Source: an uncultured Candidatus Saccharibacteria bacterium (lineage in GTDB: Bacteria; Patescibacteriota; Saccharimonadia; Saccharimonadales; Saccharimonadaceae). Taken from it: a stretch of DNA of 48,033 nucleotides. The translations under genes and the position numbers were made by a program. The notes under the pieces were generated by a model, which was given only the letters and a program-made list of their open reading frames with translations, was not told the origin of the DNA and ran no database searches. The stretch is from contig CALMYZ010000047.1 of the NCBI GenBank assembly GCA_937873745.1, forward strand, positions 1 through 48,033, given 5' to 3'. Below, piece after piece: positions 10,001 through 17,205 of this stretch. Positions within the stretch are counted from its first letter, which is position 1. Each line of letters begins with the position of its first letter.

Positions 10001-10739
10001 AGAGTTGCTGGGTCTTTATGTTAGTTCGCATCCGCTCGATAATTACGACGCTTACTTCGAGGAGCAGACTATAGCTTTGTCAAAGGTAAAACCAGATCTA
10101 GACGGCAAGAAAATTACCATCGGTGGAATTATAACTACAGTGCGCACTATTGTGACAAAAAACGGCAGTAAGATGGCTTTTGTCGGTATCGAAGATAAGT
10201 TCGGCGAGGGTGAGATAATTATATTTCCAAAACTATATACCGATATCGGTGCCAAGCTAGTCCAAGACGTGATCATTCGTGTGATGGGCAAGATCAGCGC
10301 GCGAGATCGCGACGGCAATCTTGGCGATGAAGCCAAGATGATCGCCGATGAGGTCGTTGTCGTGAGTGATAAAGACCTGGCTGAATATGAGTCGACTGGT
10401 CGCAAGATGAATGCTCCTTCGGCTGGTATGCGTGTACGCGCTGAGCGGATAGCGAAGTCCGCGGTTGCGGACAACGACAGTCCGGCTGAATCTAGCAACG
10501 AGTCGTCGACCGAAATACTCAAGAAACTTTTTGTCCACGTACATGATCCAGACGACCAAGAGGCGCTGCTAAAACTCAAGCAAACCTGCGACGTACACCC
10601 GGGTCTGTCTGACATAGTGTTGGTGCTCGGCAAGGACAAAAAGTCGGCTATAAAACTACCTTTTAGGGTCGAATATAGCCAGGTCCTGGTGGATAAATTG
10701 ATAAAACTTCTTGGAGAAGATGCTGTCGTAGTCAAATAG
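7050..10739 (+). CDS. dnaE: DNA polymerase III subunit alpha
   Basis: PHP domain (HLHNHTHHSLLDG), polymerase core (GPGRGSAAGS, PDIDIDI), OB fold and C-terminal extension. 1229 aa. Confidence 0.95.
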   Translation: MGVKAQLINDDATSLTVADFVHLHNHTHHSLLDGLTKIPDLVNLVKDMGMEAVAVTDHGTMSGVIELYKSAKAAEIKPILGIETYVASRTRFDRDPQKDKARYHLTLLAMNNQGYQNLMLLSTKANLEGMYYKPRIDHDLLEELGEGIIVLSGCASSELGENLRTDNYEEAKRIASWYKSVFGDRYYLELQDHGHPDSGTAWDVQIKINGYLEKLSQELDIPCVVTADGHYLTHDYQDAHEILLCVGTGSFLSDEKRMSLKDFELHVADPADIIARWSKTNPEAVRNTKRIADRCDVEIELGRILIPKFPTPDGQSEKDYLDELVYQGMAVRYLGKSLEETSRMTNQAIRDLLNEAQLERLDMEFGVLDRMGYNGYFLIVQDFINWGKNQGIIFGPGRGSAAGSIIAYVLNITDLDPLEYDLLFERFLNPDRISMPDIDIDIQDTRRGEVIEYCAEKYGRDRVTNIGTFGTMAARAAVRDVARVLEVPYAESDRLAKLVPPPVQGRHIPLKVSVKDDQDLKREYESNPIAKEVFDYAMQIEGTMRSHGVHAAGVVIAPDDIVKYVPLEMAQKGVVATQFPMGPVEELGLLKMDFLGLSNLSIINNALRIIKKVYKREIELSSIPLDDAKTYELFQRGDTTGVFQLESAGMKRYLRDLKPTVFDDIIAMVALYRPGPMQFIDSFIKRKHGQEKITYLHSGMENSLKNTYGILVYQEQFMQISKEWCGFTGGQADTLRKAVGKKNIDLMRKVKVDFVNGAIEHGGADKAVAEKFWDQLEEFANYCFNKSHAACYGLIAYWTAYLKAHYPDAFMAAVMTSDQDDTDRLAIEINECKHMGLQVLAPDVNESFVEFAVVPGKKQIRFGMAAVKGVGVGAVEEILRARDIDGKFKGVEDFAKRVSTSRFNKKAWESLIKSGGFDRFGDRSDLLFNLETIQAFASKIQKEALSGQTDLFAVLGDDNSIQPTITLQAAPLKHSQKEQLMWERELLGLYVSSHPLDNYDAYFEEQTIALSKVKPDLDGKKITIGGIITTVRTIVTKNGSKMAFVGIEDKFGEGEIIIFPKLYTDIGAKLVQDVIIRVMGKISARDRDGNLGDEAKMIADEVVVVSDKDLAEYESTGRKMNAPSAGMRVRAERIAKSAVADNDSPAESSNESSTEILKKLFVHVHDPDDQEALLKLKQTCDVHPGLSDIVLVLGKDKKSAIKLPFRVEYSQVLVDKLIKLLGEDAVVVK

Positions 10740-11217
10740 ATAGCTGATACAGGGCGATGCCGGCGGCAACCGAAACATTGAACGATTCTTTGTGACCTTT
10801 CATAGGTATCTCGACTATAGTGTCGCACAGGGCACGATATTCTGGGTAGATACCGTCTATCTCGTTGCCTAGTATCAAGGCGACCTTGCCGGGGTTTTTA
10901 TATTCACTGAGCAGTACGGAGTTTTCGTCTTGCTCAAGTCCCACTATCTGATAACCAGCCTGCTTGAGCTGCTCTATAGGTGGTAGCTCGTGCCTCTCGA
11001 AGGGTATGGATGTCTCAGCTCCAAGGGCGGTCTTGTGGATTTGCCTGGTTATTTTATCGGCAAAATGCGGCAAGCGAGTGTCGTCTTCTAGGGTCGGATA
11101 TGGTGTGTAGCCGCTAAAGATAATTTTTGACACCCCAAAGCCATCGGCACTCCGAAAGATTGAGCCTACATTGTGGGTGGAGCGAATATTGTGAAGTAAA
11201 ACGACGATTTCAGACAT
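10732..11217 (-). CDS. Minimal SpoU/TrmH-family RNA 2'-O-methyltransferase (161 aa)
   Basis: Begins MSEIVVLLHNIRSTHNVGSIFRSADGFGV. C-terminal motifs LILGNEIDG and IPMKGHKESFNVSVAAGIALY. The 224-aa track ORF has a non-homologous N-terminal extension, so the ATG at 11217 was chosen. The 3' end overlaps dnaE by 8 nt. Confidence 0.85.
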   Translation of the reverse strand: MSEIVVLLHNIRSTHNVGSIFRSADGFGVSKIIFSGYTPYPTLEDDTRLPHFADKITRQIHKTALGAETSIPFERHELPPIEQLKQAGYQIVGLEQDENSVLLSEYKNPGKVALILGNEIDGIYPEYRALCDTIVEIPMKGHKESFNVSVAAGIALYQLSI

Positions 11218-11272
11218 ACTACTACATTGTATCACCTCATAATTGTTATGCTTTTGTGATAATATATTAACA

Positions 11273-12895
11273 ATGGACGAAAGTAAGATACAGGCTTCAC
11301 GCCGGCAACACGACGAAGAGTCGACCAGCCAACGAGCGGCGATACTGGGCTTGCAGTATATGGATACTCGCGATGTCGAGGATAGTATCGATCTAGTAAA
11401 AGACATACTAGAGATAAAAGAGATGTATCAGGGTAAGCTAGTGCCGCTAGTCGCTGGCGGTGGCGATCGGCCATATACCTTTGGTGTAACTACTCAAACA
11501 CCTCAGTCGCTCATGCAGTCGATGTCTAGAGATTATAACGACAGAGGTGAAAATATTCGCTTCTTGCTGATAAGTCAGAGCGCCTACAAGGTGTTTATGA
11601 ATCGCTTTGATCCGCCAAAACAGGTCATTTATGACGATATCAAGATAGCCAAAGAGGGTGATAGCGACACTCTGGCTGAGGTCAGTCAGACGCTAAATTC
11701 AGTCGGCACCGATCGGGTATTTGACTTTCTGATCGACCAAGCGGACAAGCTTGGTGCTAGTGACATCCACGTCGAAAACGAGCGCGACAATATACGCATA
11801 CGGATGCGCGTCGATGGTGCGCTTCACCCTGTGGCAGATCTTGCTAAGGAGCGTTATCGTGTGATCATGGCGGCACTCAGTAGTCGTGCCAATATCTCGA
11901 CGGCCGCCAATCAACCGCAGTCTGGTCATATGCAAAAAGAAATCACCCGCGACGGTGCGACGCATCTGCTAAATATGCGTATCGAGACCGTACCGACGAT
12001 GTATGGTCAAGACGCCGTCATTCGTCTGTTTAACTTCGACGAGAGTCTGCTAAATCTAGATCTGCTCGGCATACCCGACAAGCAGCGTGCCGAGATAAAT
12101 GAGATCATCAGTCATCCACGCGGTATGGTCTTGATGGTCGGTCCGACTGGCTCTGGTAAGTCGACGACCCTATATAGCATCCTCAACGCTCTAAATACTC
12201 CCGACAAAAAATTGATTACGCTCGAAGATCCGATCGAATACGGCCTGACTGGTATATCGCAGATTCCGATAGATACGACTGGCGGTCAGAGCTTTGGTGA
12301 CGGTCTAAGGAGTGTTTTGCGGCTCGACCCAGATGTCGTAATGGTCGGTGAGATTCGTGACCAAGACACGGCTCGGACGGCCATACAAGCCTCTATTACC
12401 GGACACTTGGTATTGTCGAGCTTCCATGCCAATTCTACAGCAGCAGCCTTCAGTAGAATGATCGACTTGGTCGGTGTGAATCCGATTTTTAGCTCAGCAG
12501 TACGGCTAGTGATAGCGCAGCGTTTGGTGCGACGACTCAATGACGATACCAAAGAAGAGTACGAGCCAGACGAGGCGACTCGAAAATACATCAAGGCGGT
12601 TTTGGCTGATGTGCCCCCTGGTACCGATATGCCAGATCTAGACAATTTCAAACTTTGGCGACCGGTAGCTTCTGAAGATTCGCCGTTTGGCTACAAGGGT
12701 CGGGTTGTTGTTATGGAGCAAATGCTGGTAGATGAAAATATCCAGAAGTTTATCCGCGGCGACGTGGCCGATGCGCATACCGAGACTATCGAAGCTGCGG
12801 CCAAGCAAGGTGGTATGCTGACTCTCGAGCAGGTCGGTGTACTGGCGGCTCTTCGCGGTGAGACTACTATAGAAGAAATTGGCCGAGTTATCTAG
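11273..12895 (+). CDS. pilB: Type IV pilus assembly / type II secretion ATPase (PilB/GspE family)
   Basis: GspE N-terminal domain, Walker A GPTGSGKSTT, Asp box, Walker B VVMVGEIRD, and His box SSFHAN. The ATG at 11273 is preferred over the TTG at 11243. Confidence 0.9.
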   Translation: MDESKIQASRRQHDEESTSQRAAILGLQYMDTRDVEDSIDLVKDILEIKEMYQGKLVPLVAGGGDRPYTFGVTTQTPQSLMQSMSRDYNDRGENIRFLLISQSAYKVFMNRFDPPKQVIYDDIKIAKEGDSDTLAEVSQTLNSVGTDRVFDFLIDQADKLGASDIHVENERDNIRIRMRVDGALHPVADLAKERYRVIMAALSSRANISTAANQPQSGHMQKEITRDGATHLLNMRIETVPTMYGQDAVIRLFNFDESLLNLDLLGIPDKQRAEINEIISHPRGMVLMVGPTGSGKSTTLYSILNALNTPDKKLITLEDPIEYGLTGISQIPIDTTGGQSFGDGLRSVLRLDPDVVMVGEIRDQDTARTAIQASITGHLVLSSFHANSTAAAFSRMIDLVGVNPIFSSAVRLVIAQRLVRRLNDDTKEEYEPDEATRKYIKAVLADVPPGTDMPDLDNFKLWRPVASEDSPFGYKGRVVVMEQMLVDENIQKFIRGDVADAHTETIEAAAKQGGMLTLEQVGVLAALRGETTIEEIGRVI

Positions 12896-12933
12896 TTTAC
12901 GAAACCAAGCACAAGTAGTATAGTAGCTATAAG

Positions 12934-13638
12934 ATGGCTGAAACGATTATCTTTGGTGGATTTGGTAACAGCAAGATTCAAGTTGATAATCTTGCCGCTA
13001 GAGTACGTGAAGCTAGTCTTGGTGATGAGTGCGTTCACGGTGAGACTGAGGTCGATGCTAGCCGCAAGCCGGGCGGAGTCTTTAATAAGGTGCATGGTAG
13101 CGAGACCTTGTCTATCATAGGGTATTCAAAAGGTGTAGCCGAAGCCTACAAGGCCTTGAATACGATCGATTTCAATAGTGGAGATGTCAGTCTGTCGCAA
13201 ATCTATCTCATAGCGCCACCAGTAGATACGTCTTCGCACCGGCTAGCCATGAGGGCGGCTAAAATAGCCTATAATCTAGCCGTCGATACGGCTCACCACC
13301 CAGAGGAGCTTCGCAGTAATCGATTGCACGCCAAGTATCTTTTGGGAGAGTTGACGGTTCGCTCGCTTCATCACGCCAACTCTATCCGTGAAGTTTCTCG
13401 CTTCGATACGGTCGAGGCTTACAGTAGGGTTGCCGATAAACTACAGGTACCGATCACGATGGGTGTCATGAAGAGCGACGAGCTATTCAGCTACAAAGAC
13501 TCGGAACTCAGTCGGATACAAGCAGCTGGTGTAGAGCTGGTAGAGTTAGACGGCTATCATCCTGAGTTTTTCAAGCGACCAGTTGAGACCCTGCAGCGAC
13601 TTGGCTACTACTCTGCCAAAAGCTACATATCTAGATAA
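12934..13638 (+). CDS. Alpha/beta-hydrolase-like protein, paralog 1 (putative Ser-Asp-His triad)
   Basis: GYSKG nucleophile-elbow-like motif (S65), SDELF and DGYHPEF blocks. It is alignable block by block with the next ORF. Confidence 0.55.
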   Translation: MAETIIFGGFGNSKIQVDNLAARVREASLGDECVHGETEVDASRKPGGVFNKVHGSETLSIIGYSKGVAEAYKALNTIDFNSGDVSLSQIYLIAPPVDTSSHRLAMRAAKIAYNLAVDTAHHPEELRSNRLHAKYLLGELTVRSLHHANSIREVSRFDTVEAYSRVADKLQVPITMGVMKSDELFSYKDSELSRIQAAGVELVELDGYHPEFFKRPVETLQRLGYYSAKSYISR

Positions 13639-13714
13639 TTTGCTTTTTTATATAAAAGGCGTATACTTACGTCATTACCACCACAAACGGTAAAAACAAA
13701 CAAAGGAAAGCAAT

Positions 13715-14395
13715 ATGAAGGCAGAAGTAATTTTGACGGCTGGCTTTGCTAGCACTAAACATCAAGTTGAACGTACGTCCAAGAGACTGAGCGAGTATCT
13801 CGACAAGGATGTAGAGGGAATAAACTATACTGACGCTCTGGCTAAAAACCGGGCGTTTTTTGATGGGCGAGATTTTATCATCACCCACTCCGGCGGTATA
13901 AATGCCCTAGACAGACCAGGTATAAGAGCCGATCAGATTATTGCGATTGCACCGCCGGTACCGCAGTCTATGACAGAGTTGATCGTGCGAGGTTTTCATA
14001 AGTTGAGGCAGTGCGAGGGTCAGTTCGAAGCTGGGTTTCGGCAATCTTCGGCTTACGAGGGCTGCCGACACCTAGCTAGGAGCGTTAAACAGATTCATGA
14101 GCTAAGCCGAGTAAGTTGTTTTACGCTAGCTCAGCGACTAGCTAGTAATGGAAGTGATATTACTATCGCAATGATGAGCGATGATGGACTGTTTGATTAT
14201 CATACACCGCACGCCGAAGATGATTGGTTTGATATTGGTGGTCGGGTACATGTCAAAGAAATAGCTGGTGATCATCTGCGTTTCACAAATGAGCCGATAG
14301 CCGTTATGCGGGACATCGCGCTGGCGTCTACGCTCATGGTTCCACGCTTCGTAGATAGTAGGCCCGCAGATTCGTTGCTGAGACTAGCTAGTTGA
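13715..14395 (+). CDS. Alpha/beta-hydrolase-like protein, paralog 2
   Basis: THSGG (S59), APPVPQS, DDGLFDY and AGDHLRF blocks match paralog 1. It has its own TATACT (13661-13666) and an AAAGGAAAG SD. Confidence 0.55.
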   Translation: MKAEVILTAGFASTKHQVERTSKRLSEYLDKDVEGINYTDALAKNRAFFDGRDFIITHSGGINALDRPGIRADQIIAIAPPVPQSMTELIVRGFHKLRQCEGQFEAGFRQSSAYEGCRHLARSVKQIHELSRVSCFTLAQRLASNGSDITIAMMSDDGLFDYHTPHAEDDWFDIGGRVHVKEIAGDHLRFTNEPIAVMRDIALASTLMVPRFVDSRPADSLLRLAS

Positions 14396-15521
14396 TTTGA
14401 CTAGCTACAGTCTGAACGACTCGCTCATCAAACGGCGAAGGTATGATTTCTGAGGCGCTTGGGTTTTCTATTAAGCTAGCCAAGGCTTCGGCGGCAGCGA
14501 TTTTATGTTGGTCGGTGATCTGCTTGACGCCGTTATCCAGCGCTCCACGGAATATGCCGGGGAAGACCAGGGCATTGTTGACTTGATTTGGGAAATCGCT
14601 ACGACCGGTGGCGAGCACTGCTATACCGCCACGAGCGGCTTCGTCTGGCATTATCTCTGGAGTTGGATTCGCTAGGGCAAAAACTATCGGCTGAGGCGAC
14701 ATAGTACGCACCATGTCAGCCGTCAGTATACCAGGTCTACTAACACCGATAAATATATCAGCGTTGTCTAATGCGTCGGCCAGACTACCAGATTTTGAAC
14801 TGTCTATATAGCGCAGTATCGATTGCTTCGACTCATTTAGGTCGCTTCGGTCGTCTGAGATTATACCTTGACTGTCGACAGCTACAATCGAGCCTATGCC
14901 ATACAGACTCAGTAGCTTGATGATAGCAGTGCCAGCCGCGCCGGCGCCCAAGACGACAGCCCGCACCTCGCCTTTATCTTTGCCTACTACCTTAAGTGCA
15001 TTGATGAGGCCGGCTAGTGTGACTATAGCCGTACCGTGTTGGTCATCATGAAACACCGGTATGTCAAGTTCTTGCTTGAGTCGATCTTCGATCTCGAAAC
15101 ATTTCGGAGCAGCGATATCCTCTAGGTTGATGGCGCCAAAGCTCGGCGCGATAGCTTTGACGGTCGCGACAATTTCATTGACGCTATGAACATCTAGCAC
15201 GATAGGCACGCTATCGATACCGGCAAAACGCTTGAATAGTAGGGATTTACCCTCCATCACGGGCATGGATGCCTTCGGCCCGATATCACCTAGGCCAAGG
15301 ACTGCTGAGCCGTCTGATATTACGGCTACTAGGTTATTGGTCCAGGTGTAGTCGGCTAGTTTGTCGGGGTCGTCGGCTATCGCCTGGCTGACCGCAGCTA
15401 CTCCGGGCGTGTAGTAAGCACTCAACTTATCTTTGTCTAACTCAGTATTATCGCGCAGTGATATCGATAATTTTCCTTTGTGTTGGCTGTGTAATTTTAT
15501 AGATAGTTCGTCATAGTTCAT
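14388..15521 (-). CDS. NAD(P)-dependent malic enzyme (oxaloacetate-decarboxylating malate dehydrogenase)
   Basis: YTPGVAAV, the [11 protein letters not shown] motif and the Rossmann motif [12 protein letters not shown]. The MNYDE start at 15521 fits homolog N-termini better than the ATG at 15545. Confidence 0.9.
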   Translation of the reverse strand: MNYDELSIKLHSQHKGKLSISLRDNTELDKDKLSAYYTPGVAAVSQAIADDPDKLADYTWTNNLVAVISDGSAVLGLGDIGPKASMPVMEGKSLLFKRFAGIDSVPIVLDVHSVNEIVATVKAIAPSFGAINLEDIAAPKCFEIEDRLKQELDIPVFHDDQHGTAIVTLAGLINALKVVGKDKGEVRAVVLGAGAAGTAIIKLLSLYGIGSIVAVDSQGIISDDRSDLNESKQSILRYIDSSKSGSLADALDNADIFIGVSRPGILTADMVRTMSPQPIVFALANPTPEIMPDEAARGGIAVLATGRSDFPNQVNNALVFPGIFRGALDNGVKQITDQHKIAAAEALASLIENPSASEIIPSPFDERVVQTVASQIN

Positions 15522-15538
15522 GTATATAGTATAACCCC

Positions 15539-15567
15539 TTTTCATAGCGAGTGATATCTGCTATAAT
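15539..15567 (+). promoter_or_regulatory. Candidate rplS promoter TTTTCA-N17-TATAAT
   Basis: TTTTCA 15539-15544, 17-nt spacer, TATAAT 15562-15567. This would give a leader of about 110 nt before the GAGG SD and the ATG at 15687. Confidence 0.45.
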
Positions 15568-15686
15568 AAAACACTGAATTGTACGTTGTAAAAGTAAGCA
15601 CGCCCAAGTCTATAGATGTGGAGCCGCAGTCGTACAGCTGTGTGGCCAATCTATCTAGAACAGAGGCAGTAATTTGAGGTAAATAT

Positions 15687-16127
15687 ATGAGCTTTGCGCT
15701 AATCCAAAAAGTAAACGACGAACAAAAAAAGCACGCAGTTGTTGATGTTCGTAGCGGTGACACTGTTCGTGTCCACCAGAAAATCAAAGAAGGCAATAAA
15801 GAGCGTGTACAGGTGTTCGAAGGTGTTGTTATCCGTACCGACAATAAAAAACAGCATACCGCTCGTATCACTGTACGCAAGGTCGCCAGTGGTGTCGGTG
15901 TCGAGAAAAGCTTCTTGCTACATAGCCCGCTAGTCGAGAAGGTAGAGATCACTCGTCGTGCCAAAGTACGCCGCAATTACCTATCATTCCTACGTGGTCG
16001 TAGTGGTAAGAGTGCTCGCCTCAAGGCAGTCAACTTTGACCGTGTAGCTGTCAATACACTGCCGGAAAAGCCAGTAGAAAAAGCAGCAGAAGCTAGCGAA
16101 GAGCCAGCCGAAGAAGCTGCCAAGTAG
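15687..16127 (+). CDS. rplS: 50S ribosomal protein L19 with acidic/Ala-rich C-terminal extension
   Basis: GDTVRVHQKIKEGNKERVQVFEGVVI...HSPLVEKVEITRRAKVRR is canonical L19. About 30 extra C-terminal residues (PEKPVEKAAEASEEPAEEAAK). Confidence 0.95.
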   Translation: MSFALIQKVNDEQKKHAVVDVRSGDTVRVHQKIKEGNKERVQVFEGVVIRTDNKKQHTARITVRKVASGVGVEKSFLLHSPLVEKVEITRRAKVRRNYLSFLRGRSGKSARLKAVNFDRVAVNTLPEKPVEKAAEASEEPAEEAAK

Positions 16128-16146
16128 ATCTAGCTACCAAATATTA

Positions 16147-16176
16147 AACCACCCTGACTCTGGGGTGGTTTTTGTT
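16147..16176 (+). terminator. Rho-independent terminator after rplS
   Basis: AACCACCC (16147-16154) pairs with GGGTGGTT (16163-16170). An 8-nt loop, followed by TTTGTTT. Confidence 0.7.
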
Positions 16177-16189
16177 TATAATAGACAAT

Positions 16190-17173
16190 ATGATACTTGG
16201 AGTCGATGAAGTCGGACGCGGACCTTGGGCGGGCCCCTTGGTGGTGGGTGCTGTCGTGCTTGGCGATATTCAGGTAGACGGACTTACCGATAGTAAGAAA
16301 TTGTCGGCCAAGCGTCGCAAGGAGCTGAGTCTGGAGATACACGACAAGGCAGAGGCTGTAGGCTTGGGCTGGGTAGAGGCGAGCGAACTAGACGAGATAG
16401 GCATGAGCCAGAGTTTGGTAGAGGCGACCAAGCGAGCGGTTGCGCAGATAAAAGTACCGTATCACGAGATAATTATCGATGGAACTATCAATTTCTTGGC
16501 TGATACCGGCAAGGGTCAGTATGTCACCACACTCAAGAAAGCAGACCTCCTGATAGCTAGCGTCTCGGCCGCCTCGATAGTCGCCAAGGTGGCGCGCGAT
16601 GAGTATATGACAGAGCAGTCTGAGGCATATCCAGAATATGGCTTTGAATCACATTCTGGCTACGGCACTGCGAAGCACAGGGCGGCGATAGATGAGCACG
16701 GTATTACACCCCTCCATCGTCTAAGCTTCGCACCACTCGCCAAATACCGCCAAACTACCCCCGACGCCTTCACGCTAGCATCTCACAAGACTACAGGGTT
16801 CCACCCTGCAAAAAAGAAAAGTCAAATGCCTACGAGTAAGAGTATCGGAGATAGAGCGGAATCGGTGGCGGCTGCGTATTTGGAGTCGATCGGTCATACT
16901 GTCGTGGAGCGAAACTGGAAAACGAAGTACTGTGAAATCGATATTGTCAGCCAAAAGGGCGAAGTGATTTATTTTACAGAGGTAAAATATCGTAAGAATA
17001 ATAAGGCAGGCGGTGGTATGGCGGCGATAACCGCCAAGAAGCTGCGTCAGATGAAGTTTGCGGCTGAGCTATTTGCGCTTAATCGTAAGCTTGAGGACGT
17101 TGACCTGCGACTGTCGGTTATTGAGGTATCTGGAGAAAGCTTCGAGGTCACTGAGTATCTAGAGCGAGTGTGA
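16190..17173 (+). CDS. rnhB: Fusion protein: RNase HII (N-terminal) plus YraN/UPF0102 endonuclease-like domain (C-terminal)
   Basis: N-terminal GVDEVGRGPWAGPLVVGAVV, IIIDG and SIVAKVARD are RNase HII motifs. C-terminal GDRAESVAAAYLESIGHTVVERNWKTKYCEIDIV...YFTEVKYR is the YraN signature. The two are joined by a linker of about 30 aa. Confidence 0.85.
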   Translation: MILGVDEVGRGPWAGPLVVGAVVLGDIQVDGLTDSKKLSAKRRKELSLEIHDKAEAVGLGWVEASELDEIGMSQSLVEATKRAVAQIKVPYHEIIIDGTINFLADTGKGQYVTTLKKADLLIASVSAASIVAKVARDEYMTEQSEAYPEYGFESHSGYGTAKHRAAIDEHGITPLHRLSFAPLAKYRQTTPDAFTLASHKTTGFHPAKKKSQMPTSKSIGDRAESVAAAYLESIGHTVVERNWKTKYCEIDIVSQKGEVIYFTEVKYRKNNKAGGGMAAITAKKLRQMKFAAELFALNRKLEDVDLRLSVIEVSGESFEVTEYLERV

Positions 17174-17205
17174 CACAGATAAGCTTAAGTGGTATTATTT
17201 GTACT

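Noticed and set aside
10052-10828. 258-aa minus-strand ORF overlapping the 3' part of dnaE. Similar long antisense ORFs occur at 8270-8641, 9464-9763, 21355-21720, 21968-22411, 24568-25125, 41964-42413, 42977-43342 and 44433-44840.
   Set aside because: All lie antisense to, or out of frame with, strongly supported conserved genes. They have Ser/Arg/Leu-rich low-complexity translations typical of shadow ORFs and no recognisable motifs.
11218-11406. N-terminal extension of the trmH-like ORF (the track gives 224 aa).
   Set aside because: Homology starts exactly at MSEIVVLLHN (ATG 11217). The extension is Ser/Cys-rich, would overlap the pilB start region, and a TGaTACAAT box sits 8 nt upstream of 11217.
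15542-15976. 144-aa minus-strand ORF covering the rplS promoter, leader and 5' half.
   Set aside because: It overlaps the canonical L19 gene on the opposite strand. The translation is Cys/Ser/Thr/Leu-rich with no motif, and the malic enzyme start upstream is better placed at 15521.
17171-17173. Possible alternative genetic code with UGA recoded, as in some candidate-phyla bacteria.
   Set aside because: TGA terminates well-delimited conserved genes here (rnhB-yraN at 17171-17173, the PLC-like gene at 37011-37013, rsmD at 37556-37558). No conserved gene needs read-through of an internal TGA.
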